A stretch of 64,000 nucleotides of DNA from an uncultured Nitrospirota bacterium (GCA_964483105.1 CAYZZU010000012.1:10275-74274), one strand, 5' to 3'; numbered from the stretch's first letter, positions 9,225 to 19,376 are shown. The notes: generated by a model not told the origin, from the sequence alone. Made by a program: numbers and translations.

Positions 9225-10937
9225 TCAGTCTCCAAAGGTCACGCGCAGCACTTCATCCAGCGTGGTTTCACCGGCGACCAGTTTGTTCAGCGCGGCCATT
9301 CTCAGGGATTGCATTCCGTTCCGGATCGCGCTCTGCTTAATTTCGGCAGTGGAGGCCCCCTCCAGGATCAGCTCCCGGATCTGTTCATCGATCGGCATGA
9401 CCTCGTAGAGCCCGACCCGTCCCTTGTAACCGGTGTCGCTGCAGTTGGAGCAGCCGGTTCCGTGGTAGCAGGTGGTCTCCTGTGCCTGTTTTGGGGTCAG
9501 CCCGATGTCAATCAAAGTCTTTTCCGGAACCTCCATCGCTTCCCTGCATTCCGGACAAATCCGGCGGGCGAGACGCTGGGCCATGATCAGGATGACGGAT
9601 GACGCGACCAGGAACGGCTCAATCCCCATATTCAGGAGGCGGTTGATGGTGCTGGGAGCATCGTTGGTGTGCAGTGTGCTGAGAACCAGATGTCCGGTGA
9701 GGGCCGCCTTGACGGCGATTTCGGCGGTTTCATAGTCACGGATTTCTCCGACCATGACGACATCCGGATCCTGACGCAGAAAGGAACGAAGGGCCGCGGC
9801 GAAATTCAGTCCGATCTCTTCTTTCATCTGGACTTGATTGATTCCGAACAGATTATATTCCACCGGGTCCTCGGCGGTCATGATGTTGATCTCCGGATTG
9901 TTGATCTGGCCCAGCGCGGAATAGAGCGTGGTTGATTTCCCGCTCCCCGTCGGCCCCGTGACCAGAACCATTCCATAGGGGGCGAAGATGGCATCCTGAA
10001 GTTTCTTCAGGGTTTCCGGTTCAAACCCGAGTTTGGTCATGTCGAGCATCAGATTGCTCTTGTCGAGAATCCGCATGACCACCTTTTCCCCGAACAGGGT
10101 GGGTAGCGTGGAAACGCGGAGATCGACCTCCTTGCCTTTCATCTTCAGTTTGATCCGGCCGTCCTGGGGAAGACGCCGTTCGGCGATATCCAGTTCGGCC
10201 ATGATTTTCAAGCGGGAAGTCAGGGCATCCTTGAGCCGCTTCGGAGGCGACATGACTTCGTACAGGACTCCATCGATACGGTACCGGACCCGTACGTCTT
10301 TTTCATAGGGTTCGATGTGGATGTCACTGGCACCCTTCTTGATCGCCTCCGAGAGGATCAGGTTGACCAGTTTGACCACGGGAGCGTCTTCGATGGCCTG
10401 TTTGATTTCCCCCAGGTTGAGATCCTCGTCGATCTCGTCTTCCACCACATCGATATCGATTTCCTCCCGGATATCCTGCATCACGGTTTGGAGCATGTCG
10501 GCCGAGTCATAGTATTTGTCAATCGCCGCCTTGATTGCGCCTTCCGAGGCCACCACCGGTTCAACATTGTATCCGGTCATGAATTTCACATCGTCGATTG
10601 CGAAGACATTGGAGGGGTCTACCATGGCGATGGTCAGGGTGGATCCGGACCGGTTGATTGGAATGATCATGTATTTCTGGGCCACCTCGGAGGGGATCAG
10701 CTTGATCAGCGCGGGGTCAATCTCAAAATGTTCGATATCGATGGATGGCAGCCCATACTGTTGACTGAGGAAGTCGATCAGACGGTCCTCCTGGATGAAG
10801 CCCATCTGCACGAGATTGCTTCCCAGCCGTCCCCCTTCTTTTTTCTGTTTTTGGAGGGCCTGCTGTAATTGCTGTTCACTGATCAGGTTCGCATTGATGA
10901 GCAGGGCGCCCAATCGACCGGCCATTCGGATCTCCAA
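9225..10937 (-). CDS. pilB: type IV pilus assembly ATPase PilB (GspE family)
   Basis: N-terminal T2SSE_N domain, GPTGSGKSTT Walker A and a C-terminal tetracysteine CPEC...CSNC motif. 570 aa. Confidence 0.85.
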   Translation of the reverse strand: MEIRMAGRLGALLINANLISEQQLQQALQKQKKEGGRLGSNLVQMGFIQEDRLIDFLSQQYGLPSIDIEHFEIDPALIKLIPSEVAQKYMIIPINRSGSTLTIAMVDPSNVFAIDDVKFMTGYNVEPVVASEGAIKAAIDKYYDSADMLQTVMQDIREEIDIDVVEDEIDEDLNLGEIKQAIEDAPVVKLVNLILSEAIKKGASDIHIEPYEKDVRVRYRIDGVLYEVMSPPKRLKDALTSRLKIMAELDIAERRLPQDGRIKLKMKGKEVDLRVSTLPTLFGEKVVMRILDKSNLMLDMTKLGFEPETLKKLQDAIFAPYGMVLVTGPTGSGKSTTLYSALGQINNPEINIMTAEDPVEYNLFGINQVQMKEEIGLNFAAALRSFLRQDPDVVMVGEIRDYETAEIAVKAALTGHLVLSTLHTNDAPSTINRLLNMGIEPFLVASSVILIMAQRLARRICPECREAMEVPEKTLIDIGLTPKQAQETTCYHGTGCSNCSDTGYKGRVGLYEVMPIDEQIRELILEGASTAEIKQSAIRNGMQSLRMAALNKLVAGETTLDEVLRVTFGD

Positions 10938-11202
10938 GCAGGAAAAGTCGTCCTCAGAAGTATGGAGGATTTTTCATGATTCCGCTTTGATTTCCCTCTC
11001 CGGGGAACACAACGCAAAACAACGGTGTTGCTTAATCTATAAGTATTACTTTTCCCCGCGGTGAAATTCGTTTATGAATGGGATGAACATCAACGACAAC
11101 GGAATCACGGTTTGTGGATCACTCAACCTCTTCTATTAAAATTCTAAGGGAGAGTGACCAAAATTGTCAAGGTGAATTCTCCTGAAGAAGGCCCCGATTT
11201 TT

Positions 11203-12519
11203 TCAGGATAAATCAAAGAGTTTGACATCCCGGAAAGGTTTGAGAAGGCCCTGCGGAGAGTTTCCCGGGAAGTGGATCGAACGATTCAGTCTGTTTTCCA
11301 CCTCGGCCGGATGCAGACCATCCAGAAAGAGCTTCTTTTCCGGGTGCAGCATATTGGGGGGAAGGAGAATCGGTTCCCGGTTTTTCTCTTCCGCAAAGGC
11401 GGCAATCAGGTCGCTGCCCGTGAGCAGTCCGGTTACTGTAACCGTCTCCCCGAAAAAACGGTTACGAATCGGAACTACCCTGATATGATGTCCGGTTTGA
11501 TGGGCAATCTTCCGGAACAGAGGTTCCACCACCGGATAGGCCAGAACACCGGTCGCGACCGTGATTTTTCGTGAGGGGCGCCCCCGCGGCAGTTCGCGGA
11601 CTGCTTTTCCCGTTCTCTCCTGGAGGAGAGAAACCATGCCCACCCCGTTCTCCAATTGTGGAAGGTCTCCGTAAAATTCCAGCGGCGGAAAGGCGGAACG
11701 GGCTGTCAGGTAGATTTCATCGGAGGGGAAGACCCAGGGCGTGGAGAATCGCGCACGACATTGCTGCTGTACCCGCTGAATGGCACGCAGGAGATCCACG
11801 GCGTATGCCCGGGTGATCTGCTGCCATGGGACAGCCCCCTCTCTGAAACGTGTCGTTCCGACCGGAACCACGGCGAGGGACTGCACCCCTGGAAAGAGTG
11901 CCTGAAGATCGGAAAGGGTTTTCCCGAGGATTTCCCCGTCATTCAGGCCGGGGCAGAGGACCAGCTGGGTGTGCAGGCGGATCCCCTGATCAATCAGCCG
12001 CCTGAGGGTCGGAAGGATCGGTGGGGCGTCCGGATTTCCGAGGAGTTTTCTCCGAACCGCATCGTCTGTGGCGTGGACCGACACGTAGAGTGGAGAAAGA
12101 CGTTGCGTGAGGATCCTCTCAAAGTCACTCTCCTCCAGGTTGGTCAGCGTGATGAAGTTTCCGTGCAGGAACGACAGACGGTAATCGTCATCCCGAACGT
12201 AGAGAGTCTTCCGCAATCCCTCCGGCATCTGCCGAATGAAACAGAAGAGACAATGATTCCGGCAGGTCCTGTACAGGGGGTCTTCCAGTTGAAGCCCCAG
12301 ATCTTCATCGATCTCCTTGGAAAGTGTAACTTGTCGGAATTCTTTCTTGTGCAGGAATTCAAGGTGGACCGACTCTTCACATTCGTGAAAACGATAATCA
12401 ATGCAATCATGAATCTTCTGTCCATTGATACGTAACAGCAAGTCTCCCTTTTGAATGCCATGCTGTTCGGCCGGGGATCCCGGGATGATCCCTGAAATGG
12501 TGAGTCCGGATCTACTCAT
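11203..12519 (-). CDS. PDZ domain-containing radical SAM protein (DUF512 family)
   Basis: N-terminal PDZ (GIQKGDLLLRING), then a CRNHCLFC (CX3CX2C) radical-SAM cluster motif. Confidence 0.55.
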   Translation of the reverse strand: MSRSGLTISGIIPGSPAEQHGIQKGDLLLRINGQKIHDCIDYRFHECEESVHLEFLHKKEFRQVTLSKEIDEDLGLQLEDPLYRTCRNHCLFCFIRQMPEGLRKTLYVRDDDYRLSFLHGNFITLTNLEESDFERILTQRLSPLYVSVHATDDAVRRKLLGNPDAPPILPTLRRLIDQGIRLHTQLVLCPGLNDGEILGKTLSDLQALFPGVQSLAVVPVGTTRFREGAVPWQQITRAYAVDLLRAIQRVQQQCRARFSTPWVFPSDEIYLTARSAFPPLEFYGDLPQLENGVGMVSLLQERTGKAVRELPRGRPSRKITVATGVLAYPVVEPLFRKIAHQTGHHIRVVPIRNRFFGETVTVTGLLTGSDLIAAFAEEKNREPILLPPNMLHPEKKLFLDGLHPAEVENRLNRSIHFPGNSPQGLLKPFRDVKLFDLS

Positions 12520-12535
12520 CGGCTCGATATCCTGT

Positions 12536-13090
12536 TCATCCCCGCCCTCTGAGCGAGCTCATCCTGATCCCCGCTTGTCGGAATCCCAGATAGACGTAAT
12601 GGACCCCGGAGAGGAGGGTGATGAAGAGATTGATGAGATAAAGGGGGAGGAGGAACCCGGAGACAGGCCAATGAGACTTTTTGAGAAGAACCAGAAGCAG
12701 GGTGACCAGTTGAATAAAAGTGGTGATTTTTCCTGTCCATGTCGGTGAAAAATCCACCGTGTGGTTTACGAGGTAAATACATACAATTCCTGACAAAATA
12801 ACCACATCTCTCCCCACGACTACATGGGTGAGCCACAAAGGGAGATCTCCCCTGCCGGACAGAAGCAGATAGGAGGTCAAAAGAAGGAGTTTATCGGCCA
12901 GGGGATCGAGGAAGGCCCCCAGTCGGCTTTTCAGCCCATAGGTCCTGGCGATATAGCCGTCCAGGCCGTCGGTTATACTGGCGGTCAGAAACACCAGCAG
13001 GGCGCAGTTCGTCCGCTCCTTTACGATCAGGAATGCGAAAACCGGTACCAGAAGAATTCGTATCACTGTAAGTGTATTCGGTAGATTCAT
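12536..13090 (-). CDS. pgsA: CDP-diacylglycerol--glycerol-3-phosphate 3-phosphatidyltransferase
   Basis: CDP-alcohol phosphotransferase motif DGxDGxxAR...G...D...D. N-terminus MNLPNTLTVIR resembles PgsA. The ORF extends upstream to 13123 but the start at 13090 is preferred. Confidence 0.75.
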   Translation of the reverse strand: MNLPNTLTVIRILLVPVFAFLIVKERTNCALLVFLTASITDGLDGYIARTYGLKSRLGAFLDPLADKLLLLTSYLLLSGRGDLPLWLTHVVVGRDVVILSGIVCIYLVNHTVDFSPTWTGKITTFIQLVTLLLVLLKKSHWPVSGFLLPLYLINLFITLLSGVHYVYLGFRQAGIRMSSLRGRG

Positions 13091-13377
13091 GATGACGCAA
13101 ACCCGTCCGGACGGGAAAACCATCCAAAGGGATTATTCAAAGGCTCCAGCATGATCCATTTGTTAACATAAGAGGATCCTTGAGTCAATCCTTAAACCCG
13201 GCCGGGTGGGCGTAGCTGTTTTATTTCAGCCGGGAAATCCCGTTTTGCATATAAGATGTTGTTGAAAAGCAGCTTTTACAGGAAGAGACGGGGAGACGGC
13301 TTCCGCCGCCTCCCGGTATCATAATAAACAGGATGGACGGTGGTGGTTTATCATCAGAGAGACTTTCCCCGGCATTG

Positions 13378-13788
13378 TCAATCTCCGCCGGTGATGATCC
13401 CACTCGCTGCCAGAAGAAGAATGATAACCTGGATGAAGATGATCAGACTGAAGGGGATATCCTTCTTCTTGAGAAAGGAGGGCAGGATGATGCAGAAGCA
13501 TATCAGGCTTCCCGCTGCGAGAAAGACCACGCCGATGAAGCTGACGACATCGCCATGATCCAGCAGAGAGATCCAGCTCCATCCGGTGGGAGCGCCGGTC
13601 TTCTCGATGAATTCATGTACCCTGAGATTCCAGTACTGAGGGATCTGGTTGACAGGAATGACCGTGGGCAGAAGACCGCTGAGATAGACCAGGAATCCGA
13701 CCAGTAGAATTCCCAGCCCGCTCAGAGAGACGGCCTGAAGCACAGAAGCGTATTTTAATTGTTCTTCCGACGGTTGCGTTTTTTTCAT
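13378..13788 (-). CDS. DUF1634-like small membrane protein
   Basis: About 135 aa, several TM helices, lies directly downstream of the TauE/SafE gene (a common pairing). Start taken at the internal MKKTQPSEE codon. The longer ORF to 13866 overlaps the TauE stop. Confidence 0.45.
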   Translation of the reverse strand: MKKTQPSEEQLKYASVLQAVSLSGLGILLVGFLVYLSGLLPTVIPVNQIPQYWNLRVHEFIEKTGAPTGWSWISLLDHGDVVSFIGVVFLAAGSLICFCIILPSFLKKKDIPFSLIIFIQVIILLLAASGIITGGD

Positions 13789-13793
13789 AGAGA

Positions 13794-14780
13794 TTACCCC
13801 CAAACTCCCAGACCCTTGAGCAAGGCTCTCAGGCCGGCTAAGAAAAGAATTGAGACCACAATCCATTTAACAGCCTTCGGCTTGGCCCTGGCCAGCAGTC
13901 GAACTCCGATCCGCGTCCCCAACATCATTCCCGCGATAGAAGGAACCGCGATCAGTGGAAGGACCGCTCCCTTGTTGACGTAGACCCATGCGGCGGCCGA
14001 ATCGGTAATGGAGAGGAGAAAAACGCTCGTTGCGACGGAAATCTTGAGGGGTGCGCCGAGAAGGAGGTTCAAGACCGGGACATTGGCCCATCCGGCACCC
14101 AGACCGAACATCCCCGCCATGAACCCGATGAGAATAAAAAGGAGCAGGCCGATCGGAGTCCGGTGGATTTGCCAATTAATTTCCTTGTTCGCCGACTCTT
14201 CATAATAAATCCCGGAAATCCGGAGGGCGGAAGAGAGGACGTCGGCCTTCTTGACCTCCGGAAAGTCCGACCGTTTCGCCGTGGCCATGATCAGGACGAT
14301 CATGATGATCGTTCCCCCCAGGGCACTCTGCACTATATGGGTCGGCAGGGCGAGCCCCACCATGGCCCCGAAGATGGAACAAGTGGATGCGATCAGTGCC
14401 ATGGGCAGCGCCAGCCGGAGATTTGCCAGTCCTCTTCTCAACAGCCCGGGTCCGGCGGAAAGCGCGCCGGAGAGTGCAACGAGCAGCCCCGCCCCCCTCA
14501 CGAAATCGAGGTTGAAGGGGAAAAAACTGCTGACAATCGGGACGAACAATACACCCCCTCCGACGCCGGCGATCACGGCCAGTATGCCGAGAAGGAAGGT
14601 GAAGAAGAAGAGAACAACCGGCCAGATCCACCATGGATGGGAAGTCCCCTGGACCGCGGCCTGTACGGCTGTTTCTTCACCGTTTGCAACACAGACCGTA
14701 GAGAGTATGAGAATGCCTGAAACAACAAAAAGGATCACCACCTTCAATCGCGACATGTCACACGCTCCTCCTTTCATCAA
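13794..14780 (-). CDS. sulfite exporter TauE/SafE family permease (DUF81) with signal peptide
   Basis: Duplicated 4-TM repeats with GxGGG motifs, 328 aa. Confidence 0.75.
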   Translation of the reverse strand: MMKGGACDMSRLKVVILFVVSGILILSTVCVANGEETAVQAAVQGTSHPWWIWPVVLFFFTFLLGILAVIAGVGGGVLFVPIVSSFFPFNLDFVRGAGLLVALSGALSAGPGLLRRGLANLRLALPMALIASTCSIFGAMVGLALPTHIVQSALGGTIIMIVLIMATAKRSDFPEVKKADVLSSALRISGIYYEESANKEINWQIHRTPIGLLLFILIGFMAGMFGLGAGWANVPVLNLLLGAPLKISVATSVFLLSITDSAAAWVYVNKGAVLPLIAVPSIAGMMLGTRIGVRLLARAKPKAVKWIVVSILFLAGLRALLKGLGVWG

Positions 14781-14898
14781 AAAAAGTGTTTCAAATACAA
14801 ACAGTCAGATATCCTAATACTCCTTGGAATCCGTTGTCAACTAAAATTTGGAAAATTTAGGAAAAGCCGAGATGGCGTCGGGGAATTTCCCGGCGGAA

Positions 14899-15669
14899 TT
14901 ACATTTCTTCGCAAACCATTCCAATCCGGTCCGTCCGGGTCCATCCTCTCTTTCCGGATGGGAGCCGAATCAACGCGAAGGGACCCCGGGTCTTTTCCAC
15001 GACAACCTCGGCGCCGTCATGGAGTATAAAGAGGAGGTCGCTTTTCGGGTCGGTGCCCGATCGGATCCCGGCCGTTGGAGACACAATGACCGCGGGTCTG
15101 TACAAGTGGAGGGTGATGATCCGGGTCGCGGCTGTTCCGGCGAAGGTAAGGCTGAAAAGAGCGGAAAGCGCCAGAAGCCAGTTTAGAAAGGGTGTTTTTC
15201 TGAAAAGTTTCAGGGTGAGAACCGTCCAGAAAAGAAGATTGCAGAAAAGAAATGCATAGGTTGTTTCACGTAAATTAAGCCGGTCGTACCAGAAAAAGAT
15301 TTCCCGGAAGACCCCGGCCGGTGACGGCTCGATTTTGTCCAGGGCCTCCTGCCTGGCGTATTTCAGGTTGGCTTCGAGGTCCTCGTTCCGTGGAGTGAAT
15401 GTGCGGGCGGACAGATAATTCTGGATGGCCCGGCCGATCTGGCCAAGCCGGAAGTACGTGTTTCCCAGGTTGTAATAGACCTCCCCGTTTCGGATTCCGA
15501 GTGCGAGGATTTTTTCATACAACGCTCGCGCTTTTTCGTAATCTCCTTGCTGATAGGCCTCGTTTCCCTTGAGAAAGCAGGCGGCCGCGTCCTCCCCCCG
15601 GGAGGGGAACGCAGGGGACGATACGGTCAGAATCAGTATCGGAAGGAAGACTAAGATCAGTTTTTTCAT
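14899..15669 (-). CDS. batE: BatE-like TPR repeat protein with C-terminal SH3-like domain
   Basis: Signal peptide, TPR motifs, TM helices and a C-terminal SH3b-like segment. It is the last gene of the bat-type operon. Confidence 0.6.
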   Translation of the reverse strand: MKKLILVFLPILILTVSSPAFPSRGEDAAACFLKGNEAYQQGDYEKARALYEKILALGIRNGEVYYNLGNTYFRLGQIGRAIQNYLSARTFTPRNEDLEANLKYARQEALDKIEPSPAGVFREIFFWYDRLNLRETTYAFLFCNLLFWTVLTLKLFRKTPFLNWLLALSALFSLTFAGTAATRIITLHLYRPAVIVSPTAGIRSGTDPKSDLLFILHDGAEVVVEKTRGPFALIRLPSGKRGWTRTDRIGMVCEEM

Positions 15670-17498
15670 AGGGTCTTCTCCAATCGTGAGATGACGGTAT
15701 CAACCTTCCGGATCAGGCGGCCGGCGTCTTCCGTCACGGGGTATTCAGGTGAAAACCGGATCTGTTCGAATTCCCTGAGCAGTGAGACTGTTTCATCCAG
15801 CAGGATCCGGTCATGCAGGGTACGGGCGAGTTCCCGACTCCACTCGGAGGCGGTTCGTGCCTTACCGGCAAGGTCCAGCTTGTCCCCCAGGTAATTTCTC
15901 AGTGTCCGGTCCAACCGGATGAGGGCGTCCTGGTTTCCGTCTTTCCCGGTTGACAGGGCGCGTACCTTGCGGATTTCTCTGTGTGCGGTCCTGAAGGCCG
16001 TTATCCGTCGTGCGTATCCGGGATCCCGCGCCAGCCTGTCCCGCCGTTTTTTCAGAAGGAAGACGATCGTATAACTCAGGAATGGAAGCACGAAGACGAT
16101 TCCGGCGGCCGGCGAGAAGGGAGAGAAAGAGCGGTCCAGGGACCCTTTCAGGTCGGTCGCGATCGGGAGGATGTCGCGACCGATCATCTTTACGGTTTTT
16201 TTGGAGGGATGCGCCGCTTCCGGTTCGACCGGATGGGTGGTTTCCGTCCTCGCGGACGGGAGGACCCGGATCTCAAAGGGATGGGTCATGACGTGCTGAT
16301 ATGCCCCCTCCTCAGGGTTGAAAAAGGAGAAAGAGATCGGGGGGATTTTCAAAAGCCCGCTTTTGAGCGGGACCAGGGCCGTTTTGAAGGTCTTCTCCGA
16401 GAGGATCCGTTCTCCCTCGGCTTTTCTTGCGATCTTCGGTTGGTCGTTGTAGAGCTTGAAATCTTTGATTCCGGAGATTGCGGGCCGCGTTACGCCGGAG
16501 AGATCCCCTTCACCCCGGATTGTAATGGTCAGTGTGGAGGATTCCCCTTCCCGGACTTCCTTCCTGCCCAGGTCGGCTTCCATGGTGAAGCGGCCGACGG
16601 CGCCGGAGAAGTCGTCCGGTTTCCCCTTTTCCGGCAAGGGGCGCACCGTGATCCGGATCGGTTCGGTCCTCAGCACGCGGGTTCGGGTCGGTCCGATCCC
16701 GAGGTTGAAAAAGCTGTCTCCGAAGAAAGGGTCCAGGCCGTTCTGTCTTCGCGCAGGCACTTCACACCGAAGGGTAACGCCCGGAATGGTGATCTCCCCG
16801 CTTCCGACCGGGGAGAGAATTTTCCGGACTTCCGTGACCTGGTAGCGGATCCCCTTCCGGATTGTGTCGTAGTTCATCTCCTTTCCAAGGTCTTCTACCC
16901 GGAATCCGTCGAATTTCAGTTCCGAAAGAGAAGTATTCACTACCTGGATATGACGGAAGAACCGAAGCCGGTAGAGGATCTGCTGTCCCACATAGGGGGT
17001 CTGTATGCTGACATCGGTCGTCAGAAAGAGGTTGCCCGGGGTTTTCTGCGTGGTAGAGGTCTTCTCTACGAAGATCCGGATCGGATCGGTTCGATAAGTA
17101 TGGCCTTTATAATCCAGGGTGGCAGCTCCGATGATCAGATTCCCGGCCTGCTTCGGGATCAGTTCATACTGGTAATCTGTCTGGGCGGTCATCTTTCCGT
17201 TGATGATCTCGACTCGGGAGGAACTGCCCCGGGAACTTACATCGAACTCCGGGAGCGCCGGAAGACTCGGTTCCGGGGCGCGGCCGGTGCCCGATACGGA
17301 GAGGGTGAGGAGGAGGGAATCGGAAAGCGCGATCCGGTTTCGGTCCACACTGGCCGTGAAGGAGAGTCCCTCCGCCGCGTGGGATACGGACAGAGCTGCG
17401 ATGAGGGTGAAAATCAGGATCAAGCCGCCACACAATCCGCGAACAAAGGACAGGGGTCGGCGTGGCGGAGAATCGTATTTTTTCATCCTTTTTTTCAT
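15666..17498 (-). CDS. batD: BatD family protein
   Basis: 610 aa with an N-terminal signal/TM segment and a large beta-rich domain. Its position after two vWA genes and a TPR gene matches bat operons. Confidence 0.65.
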   Translation of the reverse strand: MKKRMKKYDSPPRRPLSFVRGLCGGLILIFTLIAALSVSHAAEGLSFTASVDRNRIALSDSLLLTLSVSGTGRAPEPSLPALPEFDVSSRGSSSRVEIINGKMTAQTDYQYELIPKQAGNLIIGAATLDYKGHTYRTDPIRIFVEKTSTTQKTPGNLFLTTDVSIQTPYVGQQILYRLRFFRHIQVVNTSLSELKFDGFRVEDLGKEMNYDTIRKGIRYQVTEVRKILSPVGSGEITIPGVTLRCEVPARRQNGLDPFFGDSFFNLGIGPTRTRVLRTEPIRITVRPLPEKGKPDDFSGAVGRFTMEADLGRKEVREGESSTLTITIRGEGDLSGVTRPAISGIKDFKLYNDQPKIARKAEGERILSEKTFKTALVPLKSGLLKIPPISFSFFNPEEGAYQHVMTHPFEIRVLPSARTETTHPVEPEAAHPSKKTVKMIGRDILPIATDLKGSLDRSFSPFSPAAGIVFVLPFLSYTIVFLLKKRRDRLARDPGYARRITAFRTAHREIRKVRALSTGKDGNQDALIRLDRTLRNYLGDKLDLAGKARTASEWSRELARTLHDRILLDETVSLLREFEQIRFSPEYPVTEDAGRLIRKVDTVISRLEKTL

Positions 17499-17508
17499 CT
17501 CCTTCCAG

Positions 17509-18369
17509 CTACCAGTCCGGCCCTACGGAGGTTTCCGCCGGGCCTTTCCTTGCCGCCTGTTTCCGGAAAAACAGGCGCTGATCATTATCCAGCGAGTTCA
17601 ACAACCGTTCCGCTTCTTCCCGCGAGATCCGATTGCCGTACGACGGTTTTTGTACCGGAGATGCGGTGGTACTGCTGGTTCCCTGACGGGCTGTTTTATT
17701 TTTTCCCGAGGTCTCCCGGCTTGTTCCGGAAACGGGATTCCGCTCTTTGGACCCTCCGGGTCGGTACGAACCGTGCCGGTTTTGTCTCGCCGGAGGTTCC
17801 GGTTCCTTCCGGTTCTGTTTCGGTTTTTCCTGTCCCCCCCCGGAATTTTTGCCGGGGGAGGAAAGCTGTGATCCCCGGTCCCGCTGCCCCCGGTTTCTGG
17901 AGGATTCCTGGTTTTTCTGCGTCTTTTTTTTATGGATCTGCTTGAGCACGAAGTCAAGATTTTCCTTTGCCTCCAGGTCGTCCTGCGCAATCGCCAGCGC
18001 CTGCCTGTAAAACTCCGCCGCGGCCTTCAGGTTTCCCCTCCGGTAGGCGGTGTTCCCGAGGTTATAAAGAGCTTTTTCTTTGAGTGTTTTTTGCCCTGCG
18101 CGGGAGACTACCTTTTTGAAACCGTCCGCGGCCCTGCGGAAATCCCCGTTCTTGTATTGTGCGCTGGCGGTATTATAGACTACCTGCAGATCGTCCGGAT
18201 TTTCCACCTGCGCATCCCTGAAGAGAGAAAGGGCCTTCTGGAAGTTCTTTTGTTCATAGGCTCGGATCCCCTTTTTCAGAAGACTCCTGGAGGATGCGGA
18301 CGCGACGGTAGTGAAAGCCGTGAGGGTGAGGACTGAAAAGAGCACCATCGACACGAATTTTGCTTTCAT
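17509..18369 (-). CDS. batC: BatC-like TPR repeat protein
   Basis: Signal peptide MKAKFVSMVLFSVLTL, TPR repeats and a charged C-terminal tail. The ORF extends to 18462 but the start is taken at MKAKF, overlapping the batB stop. Confidence 0.55.
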   Translation of the reverse strand: MKAKFVSMVLFSVLTLTAFTTVASASSRSLLKKGIRAYEQKNFQKALSLFRDAQVENPDDLQVVYNTASAQYKNGDFRRAADGFKKVVSRAGQKTLKEKALYNLGNTAYRRGNLKAAAEFYRQALAIAQDDLEAKENLDFVLKQIHKKKTQKNQESSRNRGQRDRGSQLSSPGKNSGGGQEKPKQNRKEPEPPARQNRHGSYRPGGSKERNPVSGTSRETSGKNKTARQGTSSTTASPVQKPSYGNRISREEAERLLNSLDNDQRLFFRKQAARKGPAETSVGPDW

Positions 18370-19376
18370 CGGATCTTTTCTTCTCCCTTTTCCTGCACCA
18401 TGGCCTCCATGACCAGACTGAGCACGGCCGCAAAAAGAGGCCACTGGAAACGCTCCTTCCATTTTTTCCTTCGTTTTTCGCCGAGTTCGGTCAGTTTCAT
18501 CTCCTTGCGGATTCCCTTCTGGTAGATAGTTTTCAGATCCATGTCGCCGGTCACGGAACGGACATAGCTTCCACCGGTCGTCAACGCGATCTGTTCCAGG
18601 GTCTTCTCGTCAAGACGGGTCAGGACCAGATTCCCGTCGGAATCTTTCTTGAACCCGCCGCCCGTGCCGGACCGTGGGATGGGAGCGCCCTCCCGGCTTC
18701 CAACCCCGATCGTGAAAATTTTGACCCCTGCTTTCCGGGCCCTTTGCGCGGCCTTGAGCGGATGTCCCCTGAGGTTTTCTCCATCGGTGATCAGGATGAC
18801 GGCCCTGGATGTGTCCGCCTTCCGGTCGAAGGCGGAAAGGGCGGTTGTAATGGCGGACCCGATCGCGGTTCCGGGAACCGGAATCAGGTCCGGTCCGACC
18901 GCGTTCAGGAAGAGTCTGAATGCCTGGTAGTCGAGGGTCAGGGGACATTCGATGAAACTGCTTCCGGCGAAGGCCACGAGGGCGATCCGGTCTCCCTGAA
19001 GCATGCCGAGCAGGTCCGTAACTTCCCGGACGGCCCTCTCGAGACGGCTTGGATCCACGTCCCGGGCCGTCATGCTCCGGGAGACATCCAGGGCGATCAC
19101 GATATCCACGCCCTTGCGTGTCACTTTCACCCACTGGAATCCCCATTGCGGCCGGGCGAGGGCGAGGATTAAAAAGATAAACGCGCTGATGACCAGAAGG
19201 GCCTTGGTGATCCTGCGCTTTTTCAATCCCGCCGGCAGGAGCCTTTTCAAAGAGGCTTCTTCCCGGCAAAAAACCCTGAGCAGACTCTCCCTCTTCCGGA
19301 AAGAGTAGACGTACAGGAGTGCCAACAGGGGAATGCTCCACAGAAGCATAAGGACCTTGATCTCTTGAAAATGCAT
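18366..19376 (-). CDS. batB: vWA domain-containing protein BatB
   Basis: MIDAS motif DVSRSM, N-terminal TM helices. Confidence 0.75.
   Translation of the reverse strand: MHFQEIKVLMLLWSIPLLALLYVYSFRKRESLLRVFCREEASLKRLLPAGLKKRRITKALLVISAFIFLILALARPQWGFQWVKVTRKGVDIVIALDVSRSMTARDVDPSRLERAVREVTDLLGMLQGDRIALVAFAGSSFIECPLTLDYQAFRLFLNAVGPDLIPVPGTAIGSAITTALSAFDRKADTSRAVILITDGENLRGHPLKAAQRARKAGVKIFTIGVGSREGAPIPRSGTGGGFKKDSDGNLVLTRLDEKTLEQIALTTGGSYVRSVTGDMDLKTIYQKGIRKEMKLTELGEKRRKKWKERFQWPLFAAVLSLVMEAMVQEKGEEKIR

Noticed and set aside
15981-17945. Long antisense or alternative-frame ORFs inside confirmed genes (15981..17945 + 654 aa inside batD; 26279..28216 - 645 aa across mutY; 31846..33951 - 701 aa antisense to AldDH; 39610..41046 - 478 aa antisense to the kinase)
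   Set aside because: These are Pro/Arg/Gly-rich low-complexity translations typical of high-GC antisense frames. Each overlaps a gene with clear domain signatures on the other strand.
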